64,000 nt of DNA. It comes from Oculina patagonica (lineage: Eukaryota). Positions 1-12,911 of this stretch are shown here, in pieces. The notes beneath the pieces were generated by a model. It searched no databases. It was not told the origin of the DNA and saw only the letters and a program-made list of their open reading frames with translations. Both the position numbers and the translations under genes were made by a program. Every line of letters starts with the position of its first letter. Within the stretch, counting starts at the first letter, position 1. The DNA is taken from the NCBI RefSeq assembly GCF_052425735.1, contig NC_135761.1, positions 14,694,001 to 14,758,000 on the forward strand. The letters are read 5' to 3'.

Positions 1-721
1 CGACTCACATGGTCTATACTTCCAGAATTTGACAGTGGGCTTCCGAGGCTATTAACAAAAGAAAATCTCCATACTTTTAAAGATCCGTAAACTTGTTTCT
101 CAATCATTTTCAACTGCAAGAACGTTAATTCCAAGAAAATGAATTTAAACTGTTTTTTATTCAGCCTATTCCATTTTGTCAATATCTTGAACATTTTTGT
201 TACATCTATTATTCCAGCTGCTTACAAAATCAGTGTTTAATATAAACCTTTTACAAATTAGTTTTTTCACTCATTAGCATCAAAATTTCGTATTTGAATA
301 AACGTTAATTAACAATTTTTTCTTAATGTATAAAATAACTAAAGCTACAAAGCGAAATAAACCGTAACCAAGGAGGAGGGCAAGATAAACTTTTATTCAA
401 TGAAAATGTCGCTTTTTGCAAATTTTCAGCAAAAATCTTGATACCGATAACTGAAAGGGAATTTGTAACGCGCCTTTGAGAGGAATGAGTGACAGAATGC
501 TTAACATGTAATTGTGTTTTCATGTCAAAACGTTTGACAAACCCCGATTTTCATTCTTTTATTTATTTGTTTCCATGCACCATGAATGAAATTATGTTTT
601 TATAAGCTGTTAAGCTGTTTAAACTGTCAGTCATGAAAAGTAAGGAACATTTCCCAGCTAGGGCACACTTTGCAAAACCGTTGCAGAAACTATTCTGTAC
701 GTAGGAGCAGAAAAGTGCAAG

Positions 722-3700
722 ATGTTTCTTGTGGCTGGTGTTGTTGCACTGCTTTGTAGCACAGGTACGCCGATTCTGAAAAACTTTAGATTCATTGCAT
801 TTATGCATGCGTTCACAGTATTTAGATTTTTTTATACCAATACTAGCTGTTAATGTAATAATTTAAACTCTTTCTTTGTTTCCGTTTTCCGTTTTTCAGG
901 ACTTCTGGCCGGTGTTGAAGGTGCGAAATTACATTTTTTGTTGTTGTTCTTGTTATCACTTTTATGACAATATTACTCTTTGTGTGTTGGAGGTCCCCTG
1001 TTTCATGAGTCAAATAAGTCTATGAGTCATGAGTCATGAGTCAATGAGTCAAGGTGATTTTTGCACAAAGTAGGATATGTATTTATCAAACCACAGTTTG
1101 CCTGTATACAAATTAGTTTAAAAGAATTCACTCAAGCTTTGGTTCGGTTAGTTCCACTCAGGTTTGCTTGCGGTTAGTTCAACTCCGATTTGCTTAGTTA
1201 CCGTTAATGGTTCTCCTCCTGTTTGCTTCCATTTGGGTTCACTCTGGTTTGCTTGAGGTTAACGTAAAGTTTTTAGAAAGAGCAGCACTATTTCAAATTA
1301 ATAACTGACTAAGTTTCATGGCTCATGACTCATTGATTTATTGACTCATAAAAAAACTTTAATCTATGTGTGGTGATGTTCTGTGAGCTGTTGGCGTCGT
1401 ACTGACCAAGAAGGCTGATAAGAAGACAATGTTTTCCCTAGCCACTTGTGGGATCCGCCCAAAGACCAGGATCATCAGTGGTCAACATGCACTCCCAAAT
1501 TCATGGCCCTGGATGGTCCAGATAAATTACCTCGGAGGGCACCACTGTGGAGGCGCCCTGGTGAGCCCACAGTGGATCGTGACCGCGGCACACTGCGTGA
1601 ACCATGCGAAGAGACCGCAAGATTACGGTGATTTTCAGATAACTCTCGGCGAGCACCGAAGGAGCACACGAGAAGGTTACGAGCAGGTGTTTGCCGTGGC
1701 AAATATCGTTGTCCACCCACACTATGACAAACCTTCTATCGTGAATAATGATGTTGGTGAGTTATTTGTTGCCAACGAAATTCTAGTTGCCAATGTGACT
1801 TATGTGTTCTGATTTACCTTACCGTAATGATTTGATTTAGCGCCTGGGGCGCTTATTTACTTTTGACACCTCAAGGGAGGGCGCTTATTCAAGACAGAGC
1901 GCTTATTTAAGGAGCGCTTAATATTGACAAAAACACATTCGAAGAGGGCCGTTTATTCGGAAGGGTGAGCTTTTTGGAAGGAGGGCGCTAAATCGAATCA
2001 TTACGGTATTATAGGAAATTAACGCTCATGTTAATTTAAGTATTTGAAATTAACGCGACTGGTGGGAAACTTACTCCTGAATAAAGGAAATTAACGCGAA
2101 AGAGGAGGGAAATTTTGAAAATGAAGGGAATTAACGCAATGGCGACAACAAGAACAAATTTTATTTCAACATTGAATTTTGTTGGCTAAATTCATAAGAA
2201 GTTGATGTTTCAGATGTCGAACTGCCCTTCTGAAAGCAGGCATGAACTGGAAATATCGTCAACAATATACCCGTTAGACTACATTGGATTTCACATTGCA
2301 AGAGAGCGACATGCAAGCTAATACAATTTGCAGAAAAGAGAAAGGCAGCTATGCCTGGAGAGAATTCGCGGAAATTAACGCTGACAAACATTAACGCAAC
2401 TTAAACTTCGCGTTAATTTCATGGAGCGTTAATTCCCTATTATAAGGTATAAACTATTTTTCAGATAACTTAATTTCTTAGCTCTGGTCATGGGCAACGT
2501 TGAAATTACACTAACCCGAAGATACGTACTAAAAAGGAATCAAGAAAAAATGTAAAATTTTTAATTTAAATAAATTTCTCTTGATTTTTCGCGTACTCTG
2601 CTTCCTTCTCGCACCAAACATAAAAAAAATGATCAAAAGAAAAACAAGTATAAGGAATAGACTGCCCTAGTTCAACAAACCCATCACTCTGGCAATACGT
2701 TTTATTCAATTTATTCACATATATTTTTTCCTCATTAGCATTGATCAAGCTCAACCGTCCCGCTATTCTGAACCATCAAGTGAGCTTAGTTTGCCTTCCT
2801 TATCAAGGCTACAACATTCCGGCTGGAAAGGAGTGCTATGCTACAGGTAAATATCTCTATTGATCAACGAAGCATTTCGGACTTGCAATTTTGGGAACAA
2901 GTTCAACTTTATAGCGAATTTTGTTCTCCGGCAGTGGTCCGAGCCCGCAGCTTAGCCCCGAAGTCGCTTAAAATTAAGAAGTTATCTTGTTATGTGGGCG
3001 TAACGTATTCAGTGCTCTGCTAATACTTTACAAAGTGCTTCGACCGAATTTGCCTCTTGCTCTTTTGGTTGATTTGTAGCGTGTGTAATTTGATTGCTAA
3101 CACTGCTCCTCAAATGCAAATGATGCGTTTGAGCACTGGCCGAGTCAGATCATTGCTCTGACGTTTTTGTCATACTCCCGTTTGGGCCAGGCAGAGAGAG
3201 ACAAAGATCTTGATCGCGTAACGTCCTTTTAGATGTTCTTCGGTATGCCGCGTTAACGACTCCCTTGTGGATCCCATCAAAGAGCCTTCTAGCTGCTCAC
3301 AGTATTCAGTGGTGAAAGGAAAACGGAACTGTATGGCTTCTTTAAAGTTTATCGCACACTGAAAAGATAGATTAAGCTTCATATTTGTTTTTCCCGCGAA
3401 CGAAAAATAAAACTTTTGCCGTTTGCCGCTTATACGTCAAAGCGATTAGTTTCGTGTTTGGTGCGAATAAGGAAATTATTTTCTTTTTTTGGACGGCGTT
3501 ATTTAATAATTAGAAAAAAAGGAAACAGAATCATCAGCATTTGACGTTTGCCGTTTGCTGTTAGAACGTGAAGCTTATTCTTTCTGATGTTTTTCTTTCA
3601 CAGGGTGGGGCTTGACAGTCCCTGAGGACTGGAGCAGTCAGGCGGACACCCTTAAACAAGCCATGCTTCCTGCAGTCAGCCAACCAGAGTGCGAGGAAGA

Positions 3701-3944
3701 CAACAAAAATGCTGGTATTCCTGTGACTGACGCCATGTTCTGCACAGGCCATGGTGGTTCAAGCGCCATAAGCACGTGCAACACTGATAGCGGTGGACCA
3801 ATAGTATGCAAAGATTGGCGAGGAAAATGGTTTCTACAGGGTGTGGTCAGTTGGGGCGAAGGTGGCTGCCATCCGGGTCATTATTCTGTTAACGCCAGAG
3901 TAAGCAAGTATACCAACTGGATTTACAGCTACATCAGGACCTAG
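722..3944 (+). CDS. Secreted chymotrypsin-family (S1A) serine protease zymogen, ~275 aa, 5 coding exons
   Basis: Exons 722-764, 900-920, 1442-1756, 2739-2846, 3604-3944 (GT-AG, phase 1, total 828 nt, open). Signal peptide MFLVAGVVALLCSTGLLAGVEA, propeptide TCGIRPKTR|IISG activation site, triad motifs TAAHC, NNDVALIKL, CNTDSGGP; also GWG and VSWG. Confidence 0.93.
1003..1352. repeat. Degenerate inverted-repeat element (MITE-like) in protease intron 2
   Basis: Reiterated ATGAGTC motifs at ~1003-1051 mirrored by GACTCAT motifs at ~1316-1350. Confidence 0.45.
1820..2008. mobile_element. MITE with TACCGTA termini (Tc1/mariner-pogo-like)
   Basis: TACCGTAATGATTTGATTTAGCGCC ... GGCGCTAAATCGAATCATTACGGTA terminal inverted repeats, TA ends, internal GCGCTTATT repeats. 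Confidence 0.8.
2010..2441. mobile_element. Second MITE abutting the first
   Basis: ATAGGAAATTAACGCTCATG ... CATGGAGCGTTAATTCCCTAT inverted termini; internal AATTAACGC repeats. Confidence 0.6.
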
Positions 3945-4284
3945 GTAGGTTATTTTAAACGATATTTAAAATATTCGATTTATATTAAAAGGATTTACGT
4001 TTTTTTTCTTTGTAATACAAGTACCTAATGTTTACTGAGTTGCACTTTGATTTGCTATTTCAATGCATGCATCTTTTTGGCCCGTTTATTTTCAGATTTT
4101 TTTTTATTTATAATTGCACGACTTACATCACTTACAATACTTACAACAGTTACAATACTAACGTTACTTACAATACTGGCGTTATTTATAACATTAACGT
4201 TATTTTCAATAGCAACCTTACTATCAACACTAACTTGTCTCATAACTTTCTCACCAACGTTTTTTTTTTTTTTTTTTTTTTTTT

Positions 4285-4580
4285 GTGGGAGGCGCGGTGG
4301 CCTAATGGTTAGCGTGCTCGCCTCCGAGTCGAACGGCCCGGGTTCAAGGCCTGGCCGGGGCGCTGCGTTGTGTTCTTGGGCAAGATACTTTACTCTCACA
4401 GTGCCTCTCTCCACTCAGGTGTATAAATGGGTACCGGCGAATTTACTGCTGGGGGGTAACCCTGCGATGGACTAGCATCCCATCCAGGGGGGAGTAGCAA
4501 TACTCCTAGTCGCTTAATGCTACGGAAACCGGGATAAGCTCCGGCCTGTATGGGCCACTAGACTCGAAGCAGACTTACTT
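4285..4580 (+). mobile_element. tRNA-derived SINE, near full length
   Basis: A-box-like TGGCCTAATGG and B-box-like GGTTCAAGGCC; central GTGTTCTTGGGCAAGATACTTTACTCTCACAGTGCC...GGTGTATAAATGGGTAC; ACTT tail; six more copies in this window. Confidence 0.88.
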
Positions 4581-4755
4581 AACTTGTCTCACCAAACTAA
4601 CATTTCTTACAATACTAACATTACTTACAAAAATTATAGAACTACTTAGCAGCACTTTATATAAGTTAATTCTATTGTTTGATTTGTTTGGGGTTTAGTT
4701 TTTTTGGGGGGGCCCCGCTTTTAATGACCAATACAGCACGTTACTTTATTTTCAG

Positions 4756-4880
4756 ATTGGAATCCGTCCGTGAAGAAAGTTTGCAAAACCTCAAGATTTG
4801 ATACGTCAGATTGAGCCGCGAAATGTTTATTTACTTCATACTTCAGATAATGTAATAGAGAATAAAATAAAATGCATGGT
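4756..4880 (+). other. Probable non-coding 3' UTR exon of the protease with AATAAA at 4861
   Basis: Donor GTAGGT directly follows the TAG stop (3945); pyrimidine tract + CAG acceptor at 4753-4755; AATAAAATAAA at 4861. Confidence 0.45.
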
Positions 4881-6141
4881 CGTTAGTGTTTGTGTGGTTA
4901 CTCAAATGTTCTAAATCATACCTATAGATCCTTTGAAGTATTTTGTAAAAAATGTGTTGAACCCAGTAGACCACGTCTTTACAAGGCTACTGCCAGAGTG
5001 ATATAAAATTAAATGGCCTTTTCAGACATTTTAAGGTGTAAATATCCCCCTTTATATTTCCGTGTTAGTGGGTTAACTTTCTTAATTGAGTTCATAGCTT
5101 TTCTACAAAGAATTGATTTAGTATTGAAGAAAGGGCTTGGTTTGAATTCAGCAAGACCTCTGGGATTTCCTTTATGTAGATCGCATCTTCACTCTGACAT
5201 CACATCTGATTTATATTTTTGTCAAAATCTCTTTTTAATTCGTCCATTTAAGCATGTGTCACAAGCGATGTTGTTTTGTGTAATATAGATCTAAACCATG
5301 ATTTTAACTTACTAATGAAAATGTTGAAATTGGCTAGTGCAAACACCAATTCGCTGCTTGACTAGTGTAAACACCAATTCGCTGCTTGAATAAACCATAT
5401 GTTTATGTGTATGTTAAGAAAGAGATTTTGATGTAAATCCCGATCATTTCTCGATTTCCTTAAATTACTAAGCGTGATTCAACAAATTTAACAATGGCAC
5501 ATATACCACGCACGAGTATTGAAGAGTTGATGCAAATCTGGAGCATTTTGGGATTTACAAGCTAAACTGCAGCAAAAGTTACTTTTATGCTTATATTATT
5601 AGTCTCGATTTATGATGGTAGTGGTAGTTTGAGTGAAATCACACAACTTTTGCTAGTTCTGCCACATTGTGCTAAAAATGGTGATGGCGCAATCGAAAAC
5701 CCCAGAACAAGAGAAATTAAGGAGAGAAGAATCGTACAGCTGTCAAGGTTAAAAGCACTTGAGTTTTGTGACCTTACCTGTTTTGCAATCAAACAACACA
5801 TGAAGTAATAATCTTAGAGGAAACTGCCGTGAAAATGATTCACTGATAGCCTTTGTTTCGTCTTCGGTTTTCTGTTTAATGAAACCAAACGAAAGAAATT
5901 AGGAAAATAGTTCTCATCACAACGTTTACCGCCTGAGGCACTCCAGGTGATCGACAAAACTGAATAAGGGGGCCCCTGATGTGAACTTGCCAATCTACAG
6001 TTATTTCCCATTTACGTCGAATAGTAAGTCCGGAAGTATTGTTTTTGAAAAGAAGAACTCGCTAATCTAATTCTGATTCTTTTTGTATTTGACGGAAACA
6101 TTAACAGCGCCTTAATTTGTTTGCCTCCAGTCAGAAATACC

Positions 6142-9100
6142 ATGATGTTTAGGGTGAAGTTTGTGCTGGCGCTTGTAGTTCTCGTTCTTGGTAAGTTTAT
6201 TATTCAGTAAAGACATTTTGAAAATACTGTCTAACTGAACGAATCATATAAAGTAACCAGGGAAACAAAATTCTATCTTTCTTGCAATCAGCGGAAATCT
6301 GCCTTCACTTGTAACATAAGCAAATGGTTTGAGGTCCGATAAGTGACGTAAAAAAAAATCCAGCGTCATCTTTTAAATTGACTGTCTATTGATCTGACTT
6401 GTGTCCAAATGTTAACATTTAAAAATATCATTTGCAAAACTTACAGAAAAGCAAAAACGATTTTTCTTCTTCTAGTTAGAAAAACAATAATTTACTATTT
6501 GTAATATTTTCTCAGTGATAAAACATCGTCACCACCGCCACAATGTAGCAAAATATTTTATTTGCATTTTGTGAGCTTATTTTACACTTGACAGCTCAAG
6601 ATGCATTCTCCAAGTCTGTCAAGAAGAAGCACAGTAAAAAGCAGTCCATACCGAGTCAAAAGTCTCTAAAGTCCCACTATTTACTACTTATGGGAAGCCC
6701 TATTGAAGATCAGCACCATCGCAAGGGTCTGGGAATGATTCTTTCCTCCAAAGTCAGAATGGACTCAGACCAGCTCAAAGACAGGCCTTCCAAAGGAACT
6801 GATCATCATAGCAATAAACCAGATAATGATCTTGCAGCAACACTGCAAACATCTTCAAAAGGATACCCATCAGATCGTGGTTACAGCTACACCGAAGCAC
6901 TTTTTACAGGGGCTCCGCTGTTAAATGGTAGACCATTCACAAAGTCGGATAGGACCCAAGGAAAACAGGGTGCTCATGATAATGGTCATCCTGTTCAAGA
7001 GCTTAACAAATCTGTAGATAGCTACAAGAGCTCAGAGGCCGATAAGAGCAATGAACATACCAAGGAGGAAGACAGTGTTCAAATTCAAAAGGAAGTTCAC
7101 ACACAAGATGGTGTATCAGGGTTTGCTATGGGCAAGAGACCAGCAGAGCCTCAGCCCTTTCAACAATTTCCATCAAGTCAAACAGGAAAAGAAGAACCAA
7201 AGAACTCACAGAATTACGATGAACATCATTATCTACTACCTCGACCTTCTTTGAATGCATCACCTTACAAATCAATGAGCGGAAACTTGGGAAACAAGCA
7301 ATACACACAAACCCACGAAGTGGCAGAGGGCTTGCCGCAAAACCACAATAACATTCCTGCTTACGGAGCGGTGGATAACCATTACCAACATGAGAAGAAA
7401 GCTATTGAAAATCCAACCAGTGATCATCCCGTAGAACAAGTTCACCAAATATTAGTAACGGGTAAGACTCAGGAGAATTTTGCTAGCAACAACGATGGCA
7501 GAGGTGCACTTTTTGAAAAAAAGATAGTAAATGACAAACTGCTTCACAAAACTTATATCAAATCCTACGATGAGGAGTCAAACCTGTTAGGTTCACGTTT
7601 TTATAACCACGGACAATTCGTAGATAAACATGGAGAGCGCGTTGGTAAACAACAATACCACGAATTTAATCCAAACGTCATAACTGGTCCTACTGACTAC
7701 GGGAAGACAGGTGCTTTGCAAACAGGAGAGTCATTTCAAAAGCCTGGTATGGATGTGTCACCTAGTGAGGTGGAAACATCTGAAAAAGAGTCAGGGACCG
7801 TTCCTGTAGGGGGATCGAGTAACACACTATCAAATGGTTTCAAGGCCAACGGAGACATTTCTGAAGTCGGAAATCGAAACATACAGTTACAGAGTAAATA
7901 TATCCCATCTTCAACCGACACAGAGTCTGAAAGCAGCAAAACAGACGCATCGTATAAACAACTTGGTGATCATTCTCTGTATCAAAATCAAAACTTAGAA
8001 GCAAACGTGAAAAGTGCAAATGAACCGACAAGTGTGAATAAGCTTGTGGCCTCAGGAGATCAAAATACTCCTGCCACTTATGTGGCAACGAAAATACCGA
8101 TTGAAAAAACAAATGATTCCATGACAGTACCCTTAGAAAGTGAAACGCCAAACAAAGGTGATTTAGGAGCAGGTAACTACATAGATCAACTTCGACCGCA
8201 TAAGATAATAGAAAGCTCATTTGATGAAGATCTGGTGCAGAGAATACCAACAGGACCATCGTATCAACAAAATAGCCATGCCGTTCCTATAAAAGAATCT
8301 ACAGAGAGGCAAGGTGAGGACGTATCACACACAAGTTCTGACAACACATTTTCTGCTGCAAAATCGGAAGAAAATGTTTCATCACCACCTTCACTTCCAT
8401 TTCGCGAAGGAAGTAACCCAACAGAGTTTAGTCGTCAAAATGAGCAGTCAATGGAAGCATCGTCACTCAGCTCGGAGGTAGGTAGAGTTGGGTCTTTTAA
8501 CAGTAGCCAGAATGAAGAAGCTACGCAGCAAGAGACACAACAGCAAATGTCCCCAGGGAGTGCAGTAGAGGCAAGACCAGAACACGAAAATACATTTCCC
8601 AATGATTCTATCTCACAAAAAGGAAGGGAAGAGGCATCACAAAGTTATGTTGAACATGGGTCTTATACAAATGACAGGTCGAGTGCTGATTCACACGAAG
8701 CACAAAACATAGAGACATTACAAAACAGTGTTGAACATGGGCCTGATACAAACGATGCAAGTGACAACTCAATCAAATCACCAGGGGAAATACCAAACCA
8801 AAGGGAAGCTTATAAAGAAATGAACTCTTTGCCATCCTATCGGGAGGAAAGTAACCCGGAGACGTTTGGTCATCAAAATGAGAAATTAGTACCAAACGCA
8901 GAGCAACAGCCAGTCGCGACATCTTCATCAACTGCTGAGGCAGCTGGAGTGGTTCCTTTGAGTAGTAATCAAATTGAGGTAACGAGGCAACAAGATACAT
9001 CTAATAAGATATCCTCAACGGATACAGTCAACGGTGCAAACTCCAACCAAGATCAGCATCGAGTGGAGTCGTTGCAAAGTAGCACGGAACAGGACACTGA

Positions 9101-12100
9101 AACTAATTCTGGTGCGAGTGACAAGTCAAATCAGAGTGAAGCTAGTCAGGAGACATCTTCCTCATTTTCATATCGGGAGGGCAGCGACCCGAAAATGTTG
9201 AGTCATCAAAATGGTGAATTAGCAGCAGAACAGCGAAAACAGCCAGCAGAATCATGGTCACCCGACAACTCTGAATCAGCTACGGTTGGTCCTTCAAGTA
9301 GCAACTTGGACAGAACGACGCAGAGGGAGAAGTCGGATCAGATGTTTGAATCGAATGCAGTTGAAACGAGACCTGATCATGAAGACACTTTTATTCAAGG
9401 GGCAGGTTCACATCAAGAAGGAACAGACCGTGGAAACATTGCAAAGCAATGCCGAAAATGGACCTCAAAGAAATGATACACCAAGCGACGGCTCAAGTAA
9501 CTCACCAGAACCTACCGTATCAGATTACAAGCAACACGAAGTTAACGTTGGAACCCCAGAGGTGGCTAACGAGATGTCCGTAGCGGATCATCCTAATGGA
9601 GTTAACAAAGGGCAACAACTGATGCCTTTTTATGGAATGAAAAACAACACTGGAAGAACATCTGAGGCAATGCAGAACAACCAGGAAAAAGAAAATGATC
9701 ACGACAACAAGAATCAAAAGATAGTTTATTTTTTGAAGATGGCAAAGGGCATTCCACTTTTAAACAGAAGAAAAACAGCTCATCACTCGGACGGAGGGTA
9801 TGGAGCAGGAGAGCATGCCACAAATATCATAACGAATAACGTACAAAATATAGATAGCACCCCTGAAACGGGCCCTGAAGTGAAAGCTTGGCAATGGCAA
9901 TACAGGCCCAGACGTCCTAGCCCAGCTTGGAACCCAAGGCCAAGGCCAAGGCCAAGGCCAAGACCACGACCACGACCACGACCACAACCGAGCTATAGAC
10001 CAAGGCCCCGACCTAGCCCAATGCCTAGCCCATCGACTGGGGGAGGAGGCGGTGCCCTTGGTGGTAGTAGTGTCGATACTAACATACCACAGGGTAAGCA
10101 TATGCATTTCCTTTCGTTTGTCTAAAATGTAGTTTGCCGTGTAGACCTGTAAAAAATCCCATTGAGAAATTATACAGTTTTAGTTAAAAAAAAAATACAC
10201 TTGTAACACAGCACGAGCCGTTGGTACCAATCTGGCACTTTGCATAACTGTTTTAAAGAACATTAAAATGTTATAGTTTTGTATAATAAAAAAATCTCAT
10301 ACTCTCTAGAGTATGTACTCGTAAGGATAATTATGTTAATGACTATTTTAAACCAAATGACCCCTAATTAATATTATGTTGTTTGAACTATTTTATAGAA
10401 AGACTTAATTAAAGGTTTAATGTGACCCACAACTATTCATAGAATGTAAAGAAATATAAAATGCCTTTTTGTGCATTTATTTATGACATTAAAAGGTGTT
10501 AGTAGAATTGCAATTATCTATTTAACATCGGCGTTCATGTCTATCTACACAGGTGATTCGGATTTTGAGCAAGAAGCTTTGAACACGCACAACAAATATC
10601 GAAAGACACATGGAGTTCCAGACATGACTTTAAGCCGAGATCTCTCTAACCAAGCTAAGGCATATGCACAGAAGATTGCAAATATGGGACAGCTAATGCA
10701 TTCCTCTCAGGCAGAAAGGGGAGATAGTGTTGGCGAGAATTTAGCGTACTCCTGCTCATCTAACGGTACTCCGCTGACAGGAAAGTCTGCAACGAAGATG
10801 TGGTATGTTATTAGAAAAAAAGTGTAAAGCATTTTCCAAGTATTTCATTTCAAGTTAAAACGGGCAAGCGATTAAATTACTTAAATTCTTGGTTTTTTTA
10901 CGTGACGTCATCAAAATTCTAAAACCCAGAATCGCAAGAACCCTGAGTTTTTTATCTTTTACTGGCCATTAGTCGTCCTTCATATATATCTTTTTGAAGG
11001 TTTTTGGCTTGATAGCATTCGCCGTCTGTAAGATAGAGCATTTTGAATTTCAGAGTTTCGCGCCACACGAGATCAAATATGGCCGCCAGAAGGCTGTCAC
11101 GTTTTCTTAAAAAAACGCCTCATCCTGCGATTTTTAACAATCTGAACAGTTGAGGTTTTGCAAGAAGTGTTTATGTGAATGTTTACTTGTTAATGAGGGT
11201 GATCTGACCGAATTTCTGGCAGAATTTAATTTAAGATGTTTTCATTGATTTCCGGCCGCCATGTTGGAGTCCACGCAGTTGGACTCTAACATAGCTTTTC
11301 CATACTGGGCTCTCTAAATTTGCGTAAAACATTTTGACGGATACCTCGAGTACAAAATAACGTACTGACCTGACACTTTGACAAGTAGTTTATATGGTAG
11401 TTTTCTTGATATTTTTGACTCAATAGTTTTGGATTAACTTTTTTGCGGCTTGAAAGTGGCGTGACAGTGAAAACTACCAATTGATTAGTATCAGAAGAAA
11501 AGATTGGGTGGCTTGGGGTAGGACTGGGTGTTAGTCCTGTTTGGATGGTTTATTTCATGGGTTGTGCTATTTGTGCATGGTGCATCACTGACTACAAAGC
11601 CCCTTACTACGACTGAGAGGCATTTTTGAAAAAAAAAAACAAGAACTAATTTAATTTTCAAAATGTCACGAAGTGGCACATTTTTATTCTGTTAGTGTTT
11701 ATTTTGCTGCAAGTGTTTTTACAACCGTAACGTGTTACTTTTGTTTGTCACAGGATAGTTTTGTGTTTTTGTCAAACACTGTAAAACGATACCTTTGTTA
11801 TTTTAAACGCATGTAACATGAAACTTAAGTTAACATGTTACGCAAGTTGAAAGAAAACTGCTGCTTTTTTTTAATAATATGACGCTGTTCGGCATAACGA
11901 GGTACATGTAATTAACACACATACACATACATCTCCATAGTAGATCAAGGATTTTATTATATTATCTCGGCTGTATCAATTACGGTATGCTTTTCGTATA
12001 ATCGTAATCAACAATGTTTTGACAAAATTATTTGGGCCCAGAGAGTGTCAGTAACATCTCTTTGACGTTCTGTAACTATTGCTTCTCCCCATTATCGGAA

Positions 12101-12330
12101 TGCTTGTCCAGACTGGGCTACGGAATGAAGGACTATGCTATGCAACTCAGGCCAACCTAATCAGTTTGCAAACCCGAGTGGATATAAAGATGCACTGTGT
12201 CTTACCCAAAGAAGTACAACACAAAGTCAAGATACCGGCAGTACTCCAATCTGTTAGAATTCTCGCTTCTAAAGCTTATGTTATAATAATGATGTTGTTG
12301 TTGTTGTTGATGATGGTGATGATGATGATA

Positions 12331-12361
<31 letters not shown>

Positions 12362-12911
12362 CGATTATGATAACTTTTTGAAAGGGGGACCAACACTTAA
12401 CAGTCCACTAGTGGCCTTCTGCCTTAAAAGCGAGATAAAAATACACATGACAAAGATTCACAATTGAAAAAACATCTGACAATGGTCCGTAAGGATTAAG
12501 AAATCCAAAATTAAAGCTGATAGTACTACCTAAGGAATTCCTAAAATGCTTACTGAACCGGATTAACCCTGTTGCACAGCGGCCTTAGCACTCTATTTTT
12601 TAAGTGTTCCTTCAATTAGGCATTTTCTCACGATAAATTGTTTTTCCCACATCAGGTATGATGAAGTATGTAAGCCTGGTTATAACTTTGCTACTGGAGG
12701 ATTCAGTGGTGGCACTGGTCACTTTACCCAGGTGGTATGGAAAGACAGCATCAAGCTCGGGATTGGACAGGGAAAGGCAACACAGAATGGCATGCAGTGT
12801 ATCTACGTGGTTGGGCGTTATGACATTGCGGGGAATATGATGGGCGAATTTCAGGATCAAGTACTAAGAGGAAACTTCAATCAAGCTTATTGTAATAATG
12901 TTAAGAAGTAA
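6142..12911 (+). CDS. CAP-A: secreted CAP/SCP (GAPR-1/PR-1-like) protein with ~1160-aa disordered N-terminal region; +1 frameshift at ~9420 as assembled
   Basis: Exons 6142-6190 (MMFRVKFVLALVVLVL), 6595-10093, 10553-10802 (HNKYR, LMHSS, GENL), 12656-12911 (WYDEVC, GHFTQVVW). Total 4054 nt = 3n+1; removing one base at ~9420 gives a 1350-aa ORF. Confidence 0.85.
12283..12372. repeat. Compound (TTG)n/(ATG)n microsatellite in CAP-A intron 3
   Basis: Directly visible trinucleotide runs. Confidence 0.9.

Noticed and set aside
722-3944. Idea that the neighbouring protease processes the CAP proteins at KR/KK sites
   Set aside because: Ser189 predicts non-tryptic specificity, and adjacency alone is not evidence.
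4285-4360. tRNA-like sequence
   Set aside because: It is the head of a SINE, continuous with SINE body and tail; no convincing cloverleaf.
4028-4475. ORFs of 94-142 aa on both strands
   Set aside because: They run through a simple tandem repeat, poly-T and a SINE.
5334-5389. 28-bp tandem duplication CTAGTGYAAACACCAATTCGCTGCTTGA
   Set aside because: Two copies only, intergenic; ordinary slippage with no evidence of function.
12079-12396. Poly-Met and poly-His/Gln ORFs
   Set aside because: Translations of an intronic (ATG)n microsatellite.
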